The translations under genes and the position numbers were made by a program. Below the pieces are notes generated by a model. The model had not been told where the DNA came from. It did not search any database and worked only from the letters and a program-made list of their open reading frames with translations. Of a DNA stretch of 64,000 nt, positions 45,840 through 56,400 are shown in pieces. The DNA comes from a virus. Lineage: Duplodnaviria; Caudoviricetes. The stretch is taken from the IMG/VR virus record IMGVR_UViG_3300020577_010904, positions 34,043-98,042 of that record, one strand, 5' to 3'. Position 1 is the stretch's first letter. Every line of letters starts with the position of its first letter.

Positions 45840-48617
45840 CTAAGCGATCAGGTGCAGTTCCAACACGTTCAGAGGATAAGGGATCTGCAAGTTGATCGCA
45901 CAGATCACATGATCCTTCTGGATCACACTTTGACGCAATTGGATGATATCGGCATCGATCAACTGGCCGCCAAGGCGGGCCACGAAGCCGTTGGTCTTCA
46001 GGAACTCGATCGCACCAACCAGGTCGACACGGATCAGGTCCAACGTGGTCTGGACCACGTTCGAACGACCGATGTACTTGACCATCGAGTTGTACATCAC
46101 GAACGAGATCGAATCGACATTTCGGACAACCATTTCGGTTTCCGACTGCAGTGACGTTCGATCGGTCGTGAGGGCATCGCGAGTAATGACGTTTCCGTCC
46201 GTGTTCTGGGTGACAATCCACACCCCGTACGAGGCCATGAGGTCCAACTGCGTGCGGTCGAACAACTTGGTGACGCGGGTGAAATCGTCGAAACCGGCAA
46301 CTTCAACGTTGGTGAGGTGCTGCTGAGGCACAACGCCACCGGCCAAGCCGGCCAAGGCTGCGCACAGGTGGTAACCAGGATAGGTCACACCAGCGGAACC
46401 AACGGTATCAGGCCACACGGCACAGACACGGCGATTGCCGTAGACGCCCGCGTTGAGCCCGATCTGGGTTGCCAGTTCGGTCTTCGAGTTCGTGTGATGA
46501 ATTTCGATCAACTGTGCCGTGCTGATTGGCGAATCGGGACCGGACGTCAACAGGAGGACGTCTTCGCTGACCAGTTCTTCGATGATGAATTCATCGTAGG
46601 TCACATTACCGACCGCATCCGTCGCGAAGTTCGTTCGCAACAGGTCACCAGCTTGCACACCAAGTTCGATCAAGCTGACGTTGGCCGAAGTGATCTGAAC
46701 CAACGTGTACTGGGTACCCGTGGTATTCGGATCATCGGTGATGGTCGCCTTGACTGGTTCTTCGTCAGTCGACAGAGCCGCTGTCACGATCGGAGTCGCG
46801 GCATTGACCTGCAGGTTGATGAAGACCTTCCGCCACTTGTTTGTGGTTTCACTCGACATCGTGTTGACGTGCGAAACGAAGAGATTGAGCACTTCGCGGT
46901 CGTACGTCAAAGGCACCAAGCTGTAGAGATCGCTACGCTCGGTTCCCAACGACAAGGCATGCACCCAGGCGTCGAGTTCGAGCGGATCGCTGATGGCCGT
47001 GTAACGAACAGCGGTTCCACCGCAGTTCGCGACAGCTTTACTGACAGCCCACTTGAGTGGGTTATCCGGATGCAGCGCACCAGGGATATTGTCGATTTCG
47101 GAAATGTCGGCGATGCCTTCGATTTCATTGACGAAGTCCGGCAGCCATTCACGATATTCGAGGTACAACGCACCAGCCACGACTGGCAGTGGTTGGGCCA
47201 CGCCGCCATCGGTCCAGCTGTCATGGAAGGCGGTGATACCTCCATACATCTGGAATTCCGTGTCAGTTGCGACCCAGTTGAAACCGGGGACAGGTTCCGT
47301 GACATAGGCTGGAACCTGAATGTTGTCCTGAATGTACAGGTACAGGTCCAAGTCGGTCGCGGCCTGCAGGATGTTGCTCAAGCTGTGGCCCAAGATCAAC
47401 GTGCTGGTGCGGCCGACAGTGCGGGCGGTGACGGCAACCAGGTAACGGTCGCCTTTCACCAGGCCGGTGCCGGTGTTGAACTGCATATTGGCGCCGTGGA
47501 TGCCCAGGGCAAACGCGACATCAACATCAACGATCTTGTTCACGATCGATTCACTACCGTCAACCGTGCGGATGGTCACGCGTGGGCGCTTGTTGATGTT
47601 GGCATCATCGAAGAATCCGCCGCTGACAACCGTGACAACATAGGTGTTGTCCTTATCACCGGTATAGGTACCAGTGTGGCCCATGGTTGGTCGGGTGAAC
47701 GCCTGGATGATTCGTGCGGTCCAAGTTTGACCGGCGACCAAATCATCGTGATCGATGCCTTCCGAGATACCCACGCTCGAGCCGTCGTCATCGAAACCGA
47801 TGCGCAAACCGCGATTACCGACCAACGTGGTGCTGCCATTGCTGGCGGGCACAACCCCGGTGAGGAACTCACGGCCGCTGGCCGTGGTGATACGCAAGAC
47901 AGCGGTACGATAGTCTCCGTCGACTGATCCGGTCACAACGGTGATCGTGTAGGTATCGTCGATGAAACCGTCGATATAGGCGTTGTAGTCGGTCACGTCG
48001 ACAATCAGTTCAACCTGATTGTGCGCGCCGGCTGTTTGATTGATCGTTACCGAACCACCGACAGTAGCCTTGTTGGCTGCGTCGGCAACTGGATTGGCAA
48101 TGACCGCTGGAGTGACTTCGCGGGCGAAGTCCTTGACATAGGTCCAAAGAGTGTCCTGGCTTCCGGCCGAACTGCCGTGGATGCGGACAATGTCGCCAGG
48201 CTGCACATCACGGTCAAGGAAGGCGTCAGATCGCACGTTGACATCGTCCGTGGTCTGGAAACACAGACCAGACGAACGAACACGATTCGCGAAACCGTTG
48301 ACGGATGCGATCGTGGTGTCGAAACCAACCAAGTCCGAGAAATAAAGCAGTTTGGCTTTGTCGATGAAGAGCTTCACATAGCTCTTGTCGATCACACTTC
48401 CTGGCGTTTTGTGCGGCCACGAATAAGCGTGGTATGGGTTCGCCTGGTAGTTGTACTGTGCCAACGCGATCAGGCTCTTCTCGTCTTCGTCCGAGTAACG
48501 AAACAGGTTCGCATTCGGCCCGATGACCCAGGCGCGCAAAGGATTGGTGATTTCCGGAGAGACTTCCGTGAACTCTTGGAAAACCTTCACCTGGGGCAGG
48601 ACGTATGGAAGTGGCAT
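45840..48617 (-). CDS. Tail sheath protein with large insertion domains
   Basis: YVLPQVKVFQEF start, YSLVPLT, HV..MS, AALAGL and LTT...E..VVRNVD.I. About 925 aa. Confidence 0.9.
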   Translation of the reverse strand: MPLPYVLPQVKVFQEFTEVSPEITNPLRAWVIGPNANLFRYSDEDEKSLIALAQYNYQANPYHAYSWPHKTPGSVIDKSYVKLFIDKAKLLYFSDLVGFDTTIASVNGFANRVRSSGLCFQTTDDVNVRSDAFLDRDVQPGDIVRIHGSSAGSQDTLWTYVKDFAREVTPAVIANPVADAANKATVGGSVTINQTAGAHNQVELIVDVTDYNAYIDGFIDDTYTITVVTGSVDGDYRTAVLRITTASGREFLTGVVPASNGSTTLVGNRGLRIGFDDDGSSVGISEGIDHDDLVAGQTWTARIIQAFTRPTMGHTGTYTGDKDNTYVVTVVSGGFFDDANINKRPRVTIRTVDGSESIVNKIVDVDVAFALGIHGANMQFNTGTGLVKGDRYLVAVTARTVGRTSTLILGHSLSNILQAATDLDLYLYIQDNIQVPAYVTEPVPGFNWVATDTEFQMYGGITAFHDSWTDGGVAQPLPVVAGALYLEYREWLPDFVNEIEGIADISEIDNIPGALHPDNPLKWAVSKAVANCGGTAVRYTAISDPLELDAWVHALSLGTERSDLYSLVPLTYDREVLNLFVSHVNTMSSETTNKWRKVFINLQVNAATPIVTAALSTDEEPVKATITDDPNTTGTQYTLVQITSANVSLIELGVQAGDLLRTNFATDAVGNVTYDEFIIEELVSEDVLLLTSGPDSPISTAQLIEIHHTNSKTELATQIGLNAGVYGNRRVCAVWPDTVGSAGVTYPGYHLCAALAGLAGGVVPQQHLTNVEVAGFDDFTRVTKLFDRTQLDLMASYGVWIVTQNTDGNVITRDALTTDRTSLQSETEMVVRNVDSISFVMYNSMVKYIGRSNVVQTTLDLIRVDLVGAIEFLKTNGFVARLGGQLIDADIIQLRQSVIQKDHVICAINLQIPYPLNVLELHLIA

Positions 48618-48636
48618 TTGCGGGGCTCCTAGCCGT

Positions 48637-49266
48637 TTATGGCACAAACTTTTCTAATGCGAACGAGTTCAGCACTGGGGTGTGTTTGCGGATAGTCCAG
48701 GACTGATTGTGAGCATAAGCAACAGTGATGGGAACCCCAAAATGTTCGCGAGATTCCAACACTGGTGCGACTTTTCCAATTTGGACAACAACAAACCGGG
48801 TCAAATCGAGCGTCTGGCGCAGCTTTGGTCCAAACTGCATGAGCTGCAGATAGACCTCAGTTGCCAGAGTTTCGCATTCGCCCGCTTCCCTGGCCAGGCA
48901 GAAAAGCGTATGGCTGCCGCACATGAGTACGCTAAACCGTTCCCAACCGTCAAGACTGGTTTGCATCATCATCTTGTCCCCGATTCCGAGGCGCTGAACT
49001 TGCCAGTCATTGCGTCGGACGAGGATCGCGGGGCGGTTTGAAGTCAGGTTTGGATCCCATCTCGTCGTGGATTCGACGACGATTGTGGATGTGTCCAGAC
49101 GACTGCGCCAAAGGTATTCGCGGAGGTTTGCATGCTCCATGCGATCAGGAGCACTGAAAAGGTCACGAACTTCCTGGACCAGCATCCCGGTAACCAGGAG
49201 TGGCCGCCAACCCAGAGAGCAAATCGAGCTGGGGTTATCGATTACAATTTGGGGGCTGTAACGCAT
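48637..49266 (-). CDS. Tail completion/terminator-like protein
   Basis: RPAILVRR motif directly upstream of the sheath. The start is uncertain. Confidence 0.6.
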   Translation of the reverse strand: MRYSPQIVIDNPSSICSLGWRPLLVTGMLVQEVRDLFSAPDRMEHANLREYLWRSRLDTSTIVVESTTRWDPNLTSNRPAILVRRNDWQVQRLGIGDKMMMQTSLDGWERFSVLMCGSHTLFCLAREAGECETLATEVYLQLMQFGPKLRQTLDLTRFVVVQIGKVAPVLESREHFGVPITVAYAHNQSWTIRKHTPVLNSFALEKFVP

Positions 49267-49438
49267 CTGGTTCCTGTGCATAACGACCAAAAGCGTGATC
49301 AAGTAATCGCTGATCAGGCTGATAACCAAAAAGACTGATATGCCCGGCGCCTTGCGGTAAAGTGGCCGGATCTGCTGGGCGGATCTTCGGCGCCGAAACA
49401 GTTGCGGCTTGTTGCTGCTGAGAGTTTATTGGCGCCAT
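49235..49438 (-). CDS. Small hypothetical protein
   Basis: TAATG overlap with the upstream neck gene. Confidence 0.45.
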   Translation of the reverse strand: MAPINSQQQQAATVSAPKIRPADPATLPQGAGHISLFGYQPDQRLLDHAFGRYAQEPDALQPPNCNR

Positions 49439-50304
49439 TAAAATTCCTCCCTACCGAGTGTGGTGAGGGATGGTACTTCGGGCAGATCCAGCTCGTAAAT
49501 AGGATCACCCAGATCCACTTCCCGAAGTTCAGCGCTGACGAACAGCGGAACTCCGCGAAGGTGCGCCACGCATTTCGTGCCGTGAATGGTATAACGGGCA
49601 TCGCTTGTAGCGTTGGCCCAGAAGTCACCGTGAGTCATTTCTGGAAATGCAATCGTGCGTCCAGTCGTGACGATGTCATCAATATTGCCACGATCATTAT
49701 CTCGATGCGGATAACTACCTTGCGGTGTCAAATCCATCTGCATCAGGAACGGTGCGAAGTATCCGCCAACGCGATCTGTACCGACCCCTGGCGTGTTTCG
49801 GGACTTAATGACTTCGCCGGTTCCATAATCCACAACATTCACGTCCTGAACTTTTTCAGTTTTCGTTCGCTTTTTGAAGAACCAGCCCCAGGTACCGGCA
49901 AATAGTTTCTCACGAAGCCGTTCGCGGCGGACCATAGCCCTGGCTTTGAGCCAGTCGTGACGGTTCAACCGGCCCCAGCAACCTTCAGGTGGTGAGAAGT
50001 AATCAGTACCATTGAAGTTCAAACGAACCCGATAATGACTGCTTGGCGTAGCGCCGAAGTCGCGTTGCACAACATCTTCTAACGAGATCACATTAATCGC
50101 TTCGTCACCGATGTCGACCCAATCGTCGGCATCTGGAACGCCGGTCTCGCTTAACTGCAGCTGGAAAATGAGCGTGTCCTGCCGCGCGAAATCCGGCTGC
50201 AGTCGCCAAGAGACTCGAGTACCAGCTCGCAACATGTGATCAACAGTTACGCGGCTGAAGACATCGTTACGTGTGCCGGGCATTACCACCAACCTCCCAT
50301 ACAA
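49438..50304 (-). CDS. Neck / head-closure protein
   Basis: Position, plus G.G..GGY..P and GD......D.RY motifs. Confidence 0.6.
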   Translation of the reverse strand: MYGRLVVMPGTRNDVFSRVTVDHMLRAGTRVSWRLQPDFARQDTLIFQLQLSETGVPDADDWVDIGDEAINVISLEDVVQRDFGATPSSHYRVRLNFNGTDYFSPPEGCWGRLNRHDWLKARAMVRRERLREKLFAGTWGWFFKKRTKTEKVQDVNVVDYGTGEVIKSRNTPGVGTDRVGGYFAPFLMQMDLTPQGSYPHRDNDRGNIDDIVTTGRTIAFPEMTHGDFWANATSDARYTIHGTKCVAHLRGVPLFVSAELREVDLGDPIYELDLPEVPSLTTLGREEF

Positions 50305-51455
50305 CCTGGGATCTCGGCATATCCGCCACCATTGATCGAATCAATCATGCGACGTTCACGTGCAAAGCTCTGCCACTCAGCGCGCCCCGCCTGTGCCTTT
50401 TGGGCGTAGAGCATGGCCTTGTTCTTGTCGTCTGTGGAAACCCCGCCAGCCTGGTAGTCCATCGAGTTACGGGCGTAATGATCGGAGGCGATGCTGAACA
50501 GGTACGCGCAGATCCCAATTAACCAGTTGCGTCGATAAGGGAAGGTCTGCGTCGAGTACGTTGGCCCATCGGGAGGCGGCATCTCGTTCCACTCGCAAAC
50601 GCACATATCGGCCGCGAAGGCGATTTCAGTTCCATCGAAGTCGACTACATCGAGAAGTTCGTTTTCCTGCGCAAAGTCTCGCAGGAACAAACGGACCTCC
50701 GCGATCGTTGGTGGCCCGGTGAACTTGCCACCGTTTCGTTCGATGTAGAGATAGGCATCTGTGACGAAAACCTTCTCGTCGTATTGAGTCAAAACATAGA
50801 ACTCGACGATCCAGATGCCAGGGCATCCGGCAATATCTGCCGGAACTTCAAAGGCGACCTGGGCCGTGTCCGAGTCCAGCAGGTCCACAAAGATCTCGCG
50901 GCCGTCACAACCATGCAACTCGGTAATGACTGCCTTGATCTGCGGTGTCGGTTCTGATTCGCCGCCAAATTCACTATCCGAGAAACCATAGTCCGAAAAC
51001 GGGAACGGGCGCCCGTCTTGCAGGAGTGTGTGCTCTACGGTGGCCAGATAGCCAGCTCGGATCTGAATTGTTGGTCGCTTCGCGCGGACTTGGGCGCCGC
51101 CAAAGTGATCCGGATTTCCTCGAGAGGCCAGTTGCTGGGATGTGATCACCTGCGCCGGTCGTGCGGACAGGGTTGCACGCCAGACAATGCTGGCGTTCGT
51201 GGTACTGCTGATCGTAGTCAGTACGGAGACTTCAACCTCATCACCACGGACCCAGTTTGACGGCACCGTAAGTGACACACGGTAGGTGCCAGTCGATAAC
51301 TTGATTGGTGTCATCGTAACATCGGTCGCGATACCGTTACGAACCAGTGTTGCGATGAAATCCGTATCGGTATCCGGATCTGCCAACGAAAACGGAGCTG
51401 TTGGCAAAAACAGATTGAATTGAAACTGGATAAGATCGCCTGGCTGTGTGCTCAT
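50283..51455 (-). CDS. Head-tail adaptor with N-terminal Ig-like domains
   Basis: VRLFLRD...NELLD...WNEMPP...N.MDYQAGGVSTDD pattern. Confidence 0.65.
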   Translation of the reverse strand: MSTQPGDLIQFQFNLFLPTAPFSLADPDTDTDFIATLVRNGIATDVTMTPIKLSTGTYRVSLTVPSNWVRGDEVEVSVLTTISSTTNASIVWRATLSARPAQVITSQQLASRGNPDHFGGAQVRAKRPTIQIRAGYLATVEHTLLQDGRPFPFSDYGFSDSEFGGESEPTPQIKAVITELHGCDGREIFVDLLDSDTAQVAFEVPADIAGCPGIWIVEFYVLTQYDEKVFVTDAYLYIERNGGKFTGPPTIAEVRLFLRDFAQENELLDVVDFDGTEIAFAADMCVCEWNEMPPPDGPTYSTQTFPYRRNWLIGICAYLFSIASDHYARNSMDYQAGGVSTDDKNKAMLYAQKAQAGRAEWQSFARERRMIDSINGGGYAEIPGCMGGWW

Positions 51456-51616
51456 TCGGTCACCTGGACATCAGACTGCGTTCGGCCGAGCAAGATCGAG
51501 TGAAACAAAACACTTTGAAACGGACTTCGGCGCAAAGTGATTACGGGTGTCTCGCCGCGTACCATAAAGTAAAACGGCGAGAAGTAGCCATAGTTCATGT
51601 AACAACGGGGAAACAT
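51452..51616 (-). CDS. Small aromatic-rich protein (54 aa, absent from ORF track)
   Basis: GGAGGT Shine-Dalgarno, MFPRCYMNYGYFSPFYFMVRG...VTE*, and an ATGA overlap with the next gene. Confidence 0.7.
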   Translation of the reverse strand: MFPRCYMNYGYFSPFYFMVRGETPVITLRRSPFQSVLFHSILLGRTQSDVQVTE

Positions 51617-51625
51617 AGTACCTCC

Positions 51626-52120
51626 TCAATCCGGGAGGATCGTGACCGATTCCCGGTTGCCATAACCGTCACAAACCGCGGTGATGCGGTCGATCGTATC
51701 AGCCAGGTCGCGGAACTTGATCGTGCCACCTTCCAGGTTGGCGCCAGAGGACTTTCCAGCCATCGCGGCAGCCACAATCCGAAGCACTTGAATCAACGTG
51801 TAGCCGTCGAAACCGGCCAACAAGGCGGTCAGTTCCGTCATGGTATCTGAGTCCAAACCAACCAGGCTGGCCACATACTGTTCGTCAGTCGTGTCAACCA
51901 TGTTGATGACTTCATCAAGCATGACTGCGCTGGTCACGTCATAAGCGATCAGGTGGTACTTACCCACGGCACCGGTGAAGTTGGCTTTGTAATAACCATC
52001 CCGATTGCCGCCTGCGACAGCGATGCTGCTACCGACAATGGCCGTGCCGCCGCCCCACGGTACAAGCTTGACCGCAGTCGGCAAAAAAAGCGCTTCGAAG
52101 ATAGCTGTTTGAGTTGTCAT
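51626..52120 (-). CDS. Virion protein
   Basis: C-terminal TLIQVLRIVAAAMAGKSSG...FRDLAD..DRI.A..D..GNR motif recalled from phage structural regions. Confidence 0.65.
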   Translation of the reverse strand: MTTQTAIFEALFLPTAVKLVPWGGGTAIVGSSIAVAGGNRDGYYKANFTGAVGKYHLIAYDVTSAVMLDEVINMVDTTDEQYVASLVGLDSDTMTELTALLAGFDGYTLIQVLRIVAAAMAGKSSGANLEGGTIKFRDLADTIDRITAVCDGYGNRESVTILPD

Positions 52121-52156
52121 GCCGATTTATCCTTCGGAAATCTGGTCGAGTCCAGA

Positions 52157-52732
52157 TCAACCATAAATATGGATCAAGCCGCGATACGGAAGAGCCCACC
52201 AGCGCATCACGTTAGGGTTTGTCTGATAGATCTTCATGTGCTTAGCACACTCAGCAACGTATGCCCGAAACGCCTCGTGCATTTCGGGATTCAAGTTGCG
52301 GCCGTGTTCACTATCGATACCGTCAAAGTGCTCAAACTGGGTGTCAGTCGGAATATGGTCAATACCGACGAGGTAGACCTCCGTGTAGCCCTCCAACAAA
52401 GCCCAGTTCAAAATTAGGCATGGCGTGAACCGGACCCAGTTGAGTTTCTGATAGTCACCGTCGAATTCCTTTGTCAGCAACGGTCCGAGCCCGCTACAAA
52501 CACGAATTGGACAGGTACCTGGCGGCACAGGGACATTGTTCCGAACACGAGTAAACACTGTTGTTTTCTCGGACTTGGGCTCGATGTACTTATCCATGCA
52601 CCAGGATGTTTTGACTTCAAATTGTGCCGCAAAATCATTGCAACCAGCTGTGTCGTGTCCTGCGGCAATGATGCGATTAACATCAACCTTATTGATAAAT
52701 GGCGATCGGCCGAACAGCACCAATGTTTTCAT
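52157..52732 (-). CDS. Maf/DUF115- or sialyltransferase-like glycosyltransferase
   Basis: LVLFGRSP, AGCN, CMD and NWALLEGYTEVYLVGIDH. Start at an ATGA overlap. Confidence 0.65.
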   Translation of the reverse strand: MKTLVLFGRSPFINKVDVNRIIAAGHDTAGCNDFAAQFEVKTSWCMDKYIEPKSEKTTVFTRVRNNVPVPPGTCPIRVCSGLGPLLTKEFDGDYQKLNWVRFTPCLILNWALLEGYTEVYLVGIDHIPTDTQFEHFDGIDSEHGRNLNPEMHEAFRAYVAECAKHMKIYQTNPNVMRWWALPYRGLIHIYG

Positions 52733-53409
52733 GTTGGCTTCACCGCGATGGTAATAACGTGAGCTGCTGTCCCAGTGGATGGCGTCCAAACTTGAGTTCC
52801 GCTGGCGCCGGCCGCTGCTTGTGTTGTGGTCGCAACGTACACGACGATAGGGCCGCCGTTCGCGCCACTTACGAATTGGCGTTGTGTGCCACCAAGAGTC
52901 AGTAACGAGTAGCCTGTCGGCGGTGTCATTGTGCTCGCAGACGCAGTCACGTCTATCCAAACGCCGATCAGACGATCGTTGGCAGCTGTCGTGGTGACAG
53001 ACGACCCAGTATTGGTTGAGTCCGCTTTGGCATTTACGTCTAACGGCGTTGAGCCAACCCCGGTAATTTTCAGACCAATCAGAATCCCGGCGATATGAAA
53101 ATTGTTGACCGAAAAGGATGCGCCTTCAGATCCAGTGGCCTTTTTAACAAAGATCCCATACGACGAATCGTCGCCATAGAGTTTTGTGAAGCCTGTTGGC
53201 AGAAACAGCCCATTACCACCGTTCGTACCGGACACTGCGATTAGAATGATGTATTGACCAGCCGTTACGGCAGAACTGAACGTAATGCCGAGCCCGTCAC
53301 CCGAGCTACCGCCGCTATCGATAGCGACTTGACTGTCCGCAATGGTTGGCGCACCGCCGCCTGCAGCGGCAGTGAACCAGAAAGCAAAGGGAATGTTGAG
53401 TGGTGGCAT
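52729..53409 (-). CDS. Gly/Ser/Thr-rich beta protein, probable fibre tip or receptor-binding partner
   Basis: 226-aa ORF coupled by TAATG to the long fibre gene. Confidence 0.55.
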   Translation of the reverse strand: MPPLNIPFAFWFTAAAGGGAPTIADSQVAIDSGGSSGDGLGITFSSAVTAGQYIILIAVSGTNGGNGLFLPTGFTKLYGDDSSYGIFVKKATGSEGASFSVNNFHIAGILIGLKITGVGSTPLDVNAKADSTNTGSSVTTTAANDRLIGVWIDVTASASTMTPPTGYSLLTLGGTQRQFVSGANGGPIVVYVATTTQAAAGASGTQVWTPSTGTAAHVITIAVKPT

Positions 53410-56400
53410 TATGCAAAGGCCTTGATCGCGGTTCCGTACATGTAGGTACCGTCACTGACAAACGTGAAGATATCTACGGCACCGTTGGTCGCGGAAATGG
53501 TTGGCGCAGAACCGGCCGCCCATTTGTACGCATTGCCGTAAGCCAAAGTCTTAGGTGACGAGGCGTGTTGGGTGAACTTGATCGTATAGGTACCGCCGTC
53601 GACCATGTTGGTTGGATTATCCAACGTGGTGTTTTCGGTGAAGGTGTGCTTCGCCATCTGTGCGGTGGCCAAGTTCCAGGCGATATGCGCTGAAGAACTG
53701 GTCAAAGCCACGGCGCCGAAGTTTTGCTGTGCCGTGAGGACTGCAGCGGTATCAGTACGCTGTACCAACGATCCGACTGTCAAAGTCGGATTACCAGATA
53801 CGCCGTCACCGTTGGTCACAGTGATGACGTTTGTGGTACCGGTAATGGTTCGAGCTGCGTAGGTACCTGACGCTGTGCGTGCGACGACACCGGTTGCAGC
53901 CAATGCAGCCACACCAGCGAGTTCGGCCGAGTAGGCCTGCACGTTGGTCCCGATCGCCAAGCCGAGGTTGGTTCGGGCAGTACCGGCATTGCTGACGTCT
54001 GACAAATTGTTTGAAGCAATCAGGGCACCAACCAGGTTGTGTTCCAACACGGACCAGCTGGTTCCAACCGAGGCCTCTGTACCGCCGGCATTGTCAGCCG
54101 TGGCCAGGTACATGTCCCCAATATCGACTGACTTACCAGACGCGCCCCCAATTTTGCCCGCTACCGTGACCACATAGGTGTCGCCTTTGTTGGCAGCTGG
54201 GTAGTTTGGATTTGCGGAACAGTCTGTGGATCCTTGGAATTCCAGCAGTCCGGTGACTGCCGTATCGACGTAGCCTTTGGTTGCGGCATCGGAAGACGAT
54301 GACGGTGTCCCCAGGCCAGTGATGGTACCGCCAGTGATCGCAACAGCATTGGCATTCTGAGTCGCAATGGTGCCCAGGCCCGCGAGAGTTCGCAAATCCG
54401 CTGCTGCTGACTGCGTAAGTACCGATCGGCCGAATGACGTTGTGGTTAGTGCCGCGATGGCAGTCAGGTCAGAGTCAAGCGGTTGGTAACTGGCAGCAAG
54501 TCCCAGATCGGTGGCGAGCTGGGCAATCGTGCGGTTGGTCCACGCACCAGCTTTCCGCTGCAGGACATCATCGTTCGACGGCGACAAGCCAGCGATCGCA
54601 GCCAGGTCAGCATTATACGCTTGGACGTCGGTCCCGATCGCCAGGCCAAGGTTGGTCCGCGCAGTGCCGGCATTGGCGATGTCCGACAGGTTGTTGGCGG
54701 CCAGCAGAGCACCGACCAGATTGTGTTCCAACACGGACCAGCTTGTACCGACCGAGGCTTCAGCGCCACCCGCGTTATCCGCGGTCGCCAGGTACATGTC
54801 ACCAACATCAACTGACTTTCCGGAAGCTCCACCGATTTTACCGGCAACGGTAACAACGTATGTGTCACCCTTGCTGGCTGCCGGGTAGTTTGGATTCGCG
54901 GAACAGTCTGTTGAACCCTTAAAGTCCAACAGACCAGTGACTGCGGTATCAACATAGCCCTTCGTCGCGGCGTCTGTTGAATCGGACGGAGTTCCCAGAC
55001 CGGTGATGGTACCACCAGTGATGGCGACATTGTTGGCATCCTGTGTGGCGATGGTGCCCAATCCGGCCAGGGTGCGCAGCGCCGAGGCGTCAGCCTGGGT
55101 GAGCACCGATCGGCCGAACGATGTCGTAGACAGGGCGGCGATCGCGGTCAGGTCGGAATCGAGCGGCTGATAACTGGCCGCCAGACCGAGATCTGTTGCC
55201 AGTTGTGCCATTGTGCGGTTGGTCCACGCACCAGCCTTACGTTGAATGATGTCATCATTCGATGGTGACAAAGCCGCAATGGCGCCCAGGTCTGCGTCGT
55301 AGGCCTGCACGTTGGTACCAATTACCAAGCCCAGATTGGTTCGCGCGGCACTTACGTCTGTCAGGTCACTCAGATTGTTGGACGACAGCATGTCTCCGGA
55401 GCCACCGCCCGAAGCGCTGTGCAGCACGATCGCCCAAGAACTGCCCACGGAAGCCTGTGTACCACCGGCATTATCTGCCGTGGCAAAGAACACATCCCCG
55501 GCATTGATCGTGGCGCCGGAAGCACCCCCGATCTTGCCGCTGACGGTACAAACGTAGGCGTCACCCTTGCTGGCAGCCGGGTAGTTTGGATTGCCAGAGC
55601 AGTCAGTACCACCCTTGAAGTCAAGCAGCCCGGTGACCGAATCATCGACATACTTCTTCGTCGCAGCATCGGAATCGGCCGATGGGGTACCAAGTCCGGT
55701 GATCGTTCCACCGGTGATTGCGACAGAAGCCGCGTTCTGTGTCGCCAGGGTGCCGAGTCCAGCAGTTGTTCGTAGCGCAGCAGCATCAGCTTGCGTCAGG
55801 AGCGATCGGCCATAGGTCGTTGTGCCCAAAGCCGCGATTGCTGTGAGGTCTGAGTCCAACGGCTGATACGTGGCTGCCAGGTTCATATCAGATGCGAGTT
55901 GCGCCAACGTACGGTTAGCCCAGGCGCCTGACTTGCGCTGCAGCACATCGTTGTCGGTTGGAGTCAGTCCGGCGATCGTGGTTAGATCGGAATCGAGGCC
56001 TTGATATGTTCCGGCCAGTCCCATGTCGGACATGACCTGTCCGAGCGTCCGATTAGTCCAGGCGCCGGCCTTCCGTTGAAGCAAATCATCGTTTGTCGGA
56101 GACAGGGCCGCGATGGCCGACAGGTCTGCATCATAGGCCTGCACGTTGGTACCAATCACCAGGCCCAAATTGCTTCGCGCAGTTGCAACATTTGCCAGGT
56201 CGCTTAGGTTGTTGGCTGTGAGTGCAGCGCCGACAAGGTTGTGTTCGAGGATTGTCCAACTTGTTCCGACCGAAGCCGCAATACCGCCAGCATTATCACC
56301 ATTCGCAAAAAACACGTCACCCACGTCAACCGCAGGGCCAGAAGAACCGCCGATATGCCCGGCAATCGCAACGACGTAAGCGTCACCTTTAACAGCCGCT

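Noticed and set aside
46317-47927. 536-aa plus-strand ORF
   Set aside because: Antisense shadow of the sheath gene with no recognisable domain.
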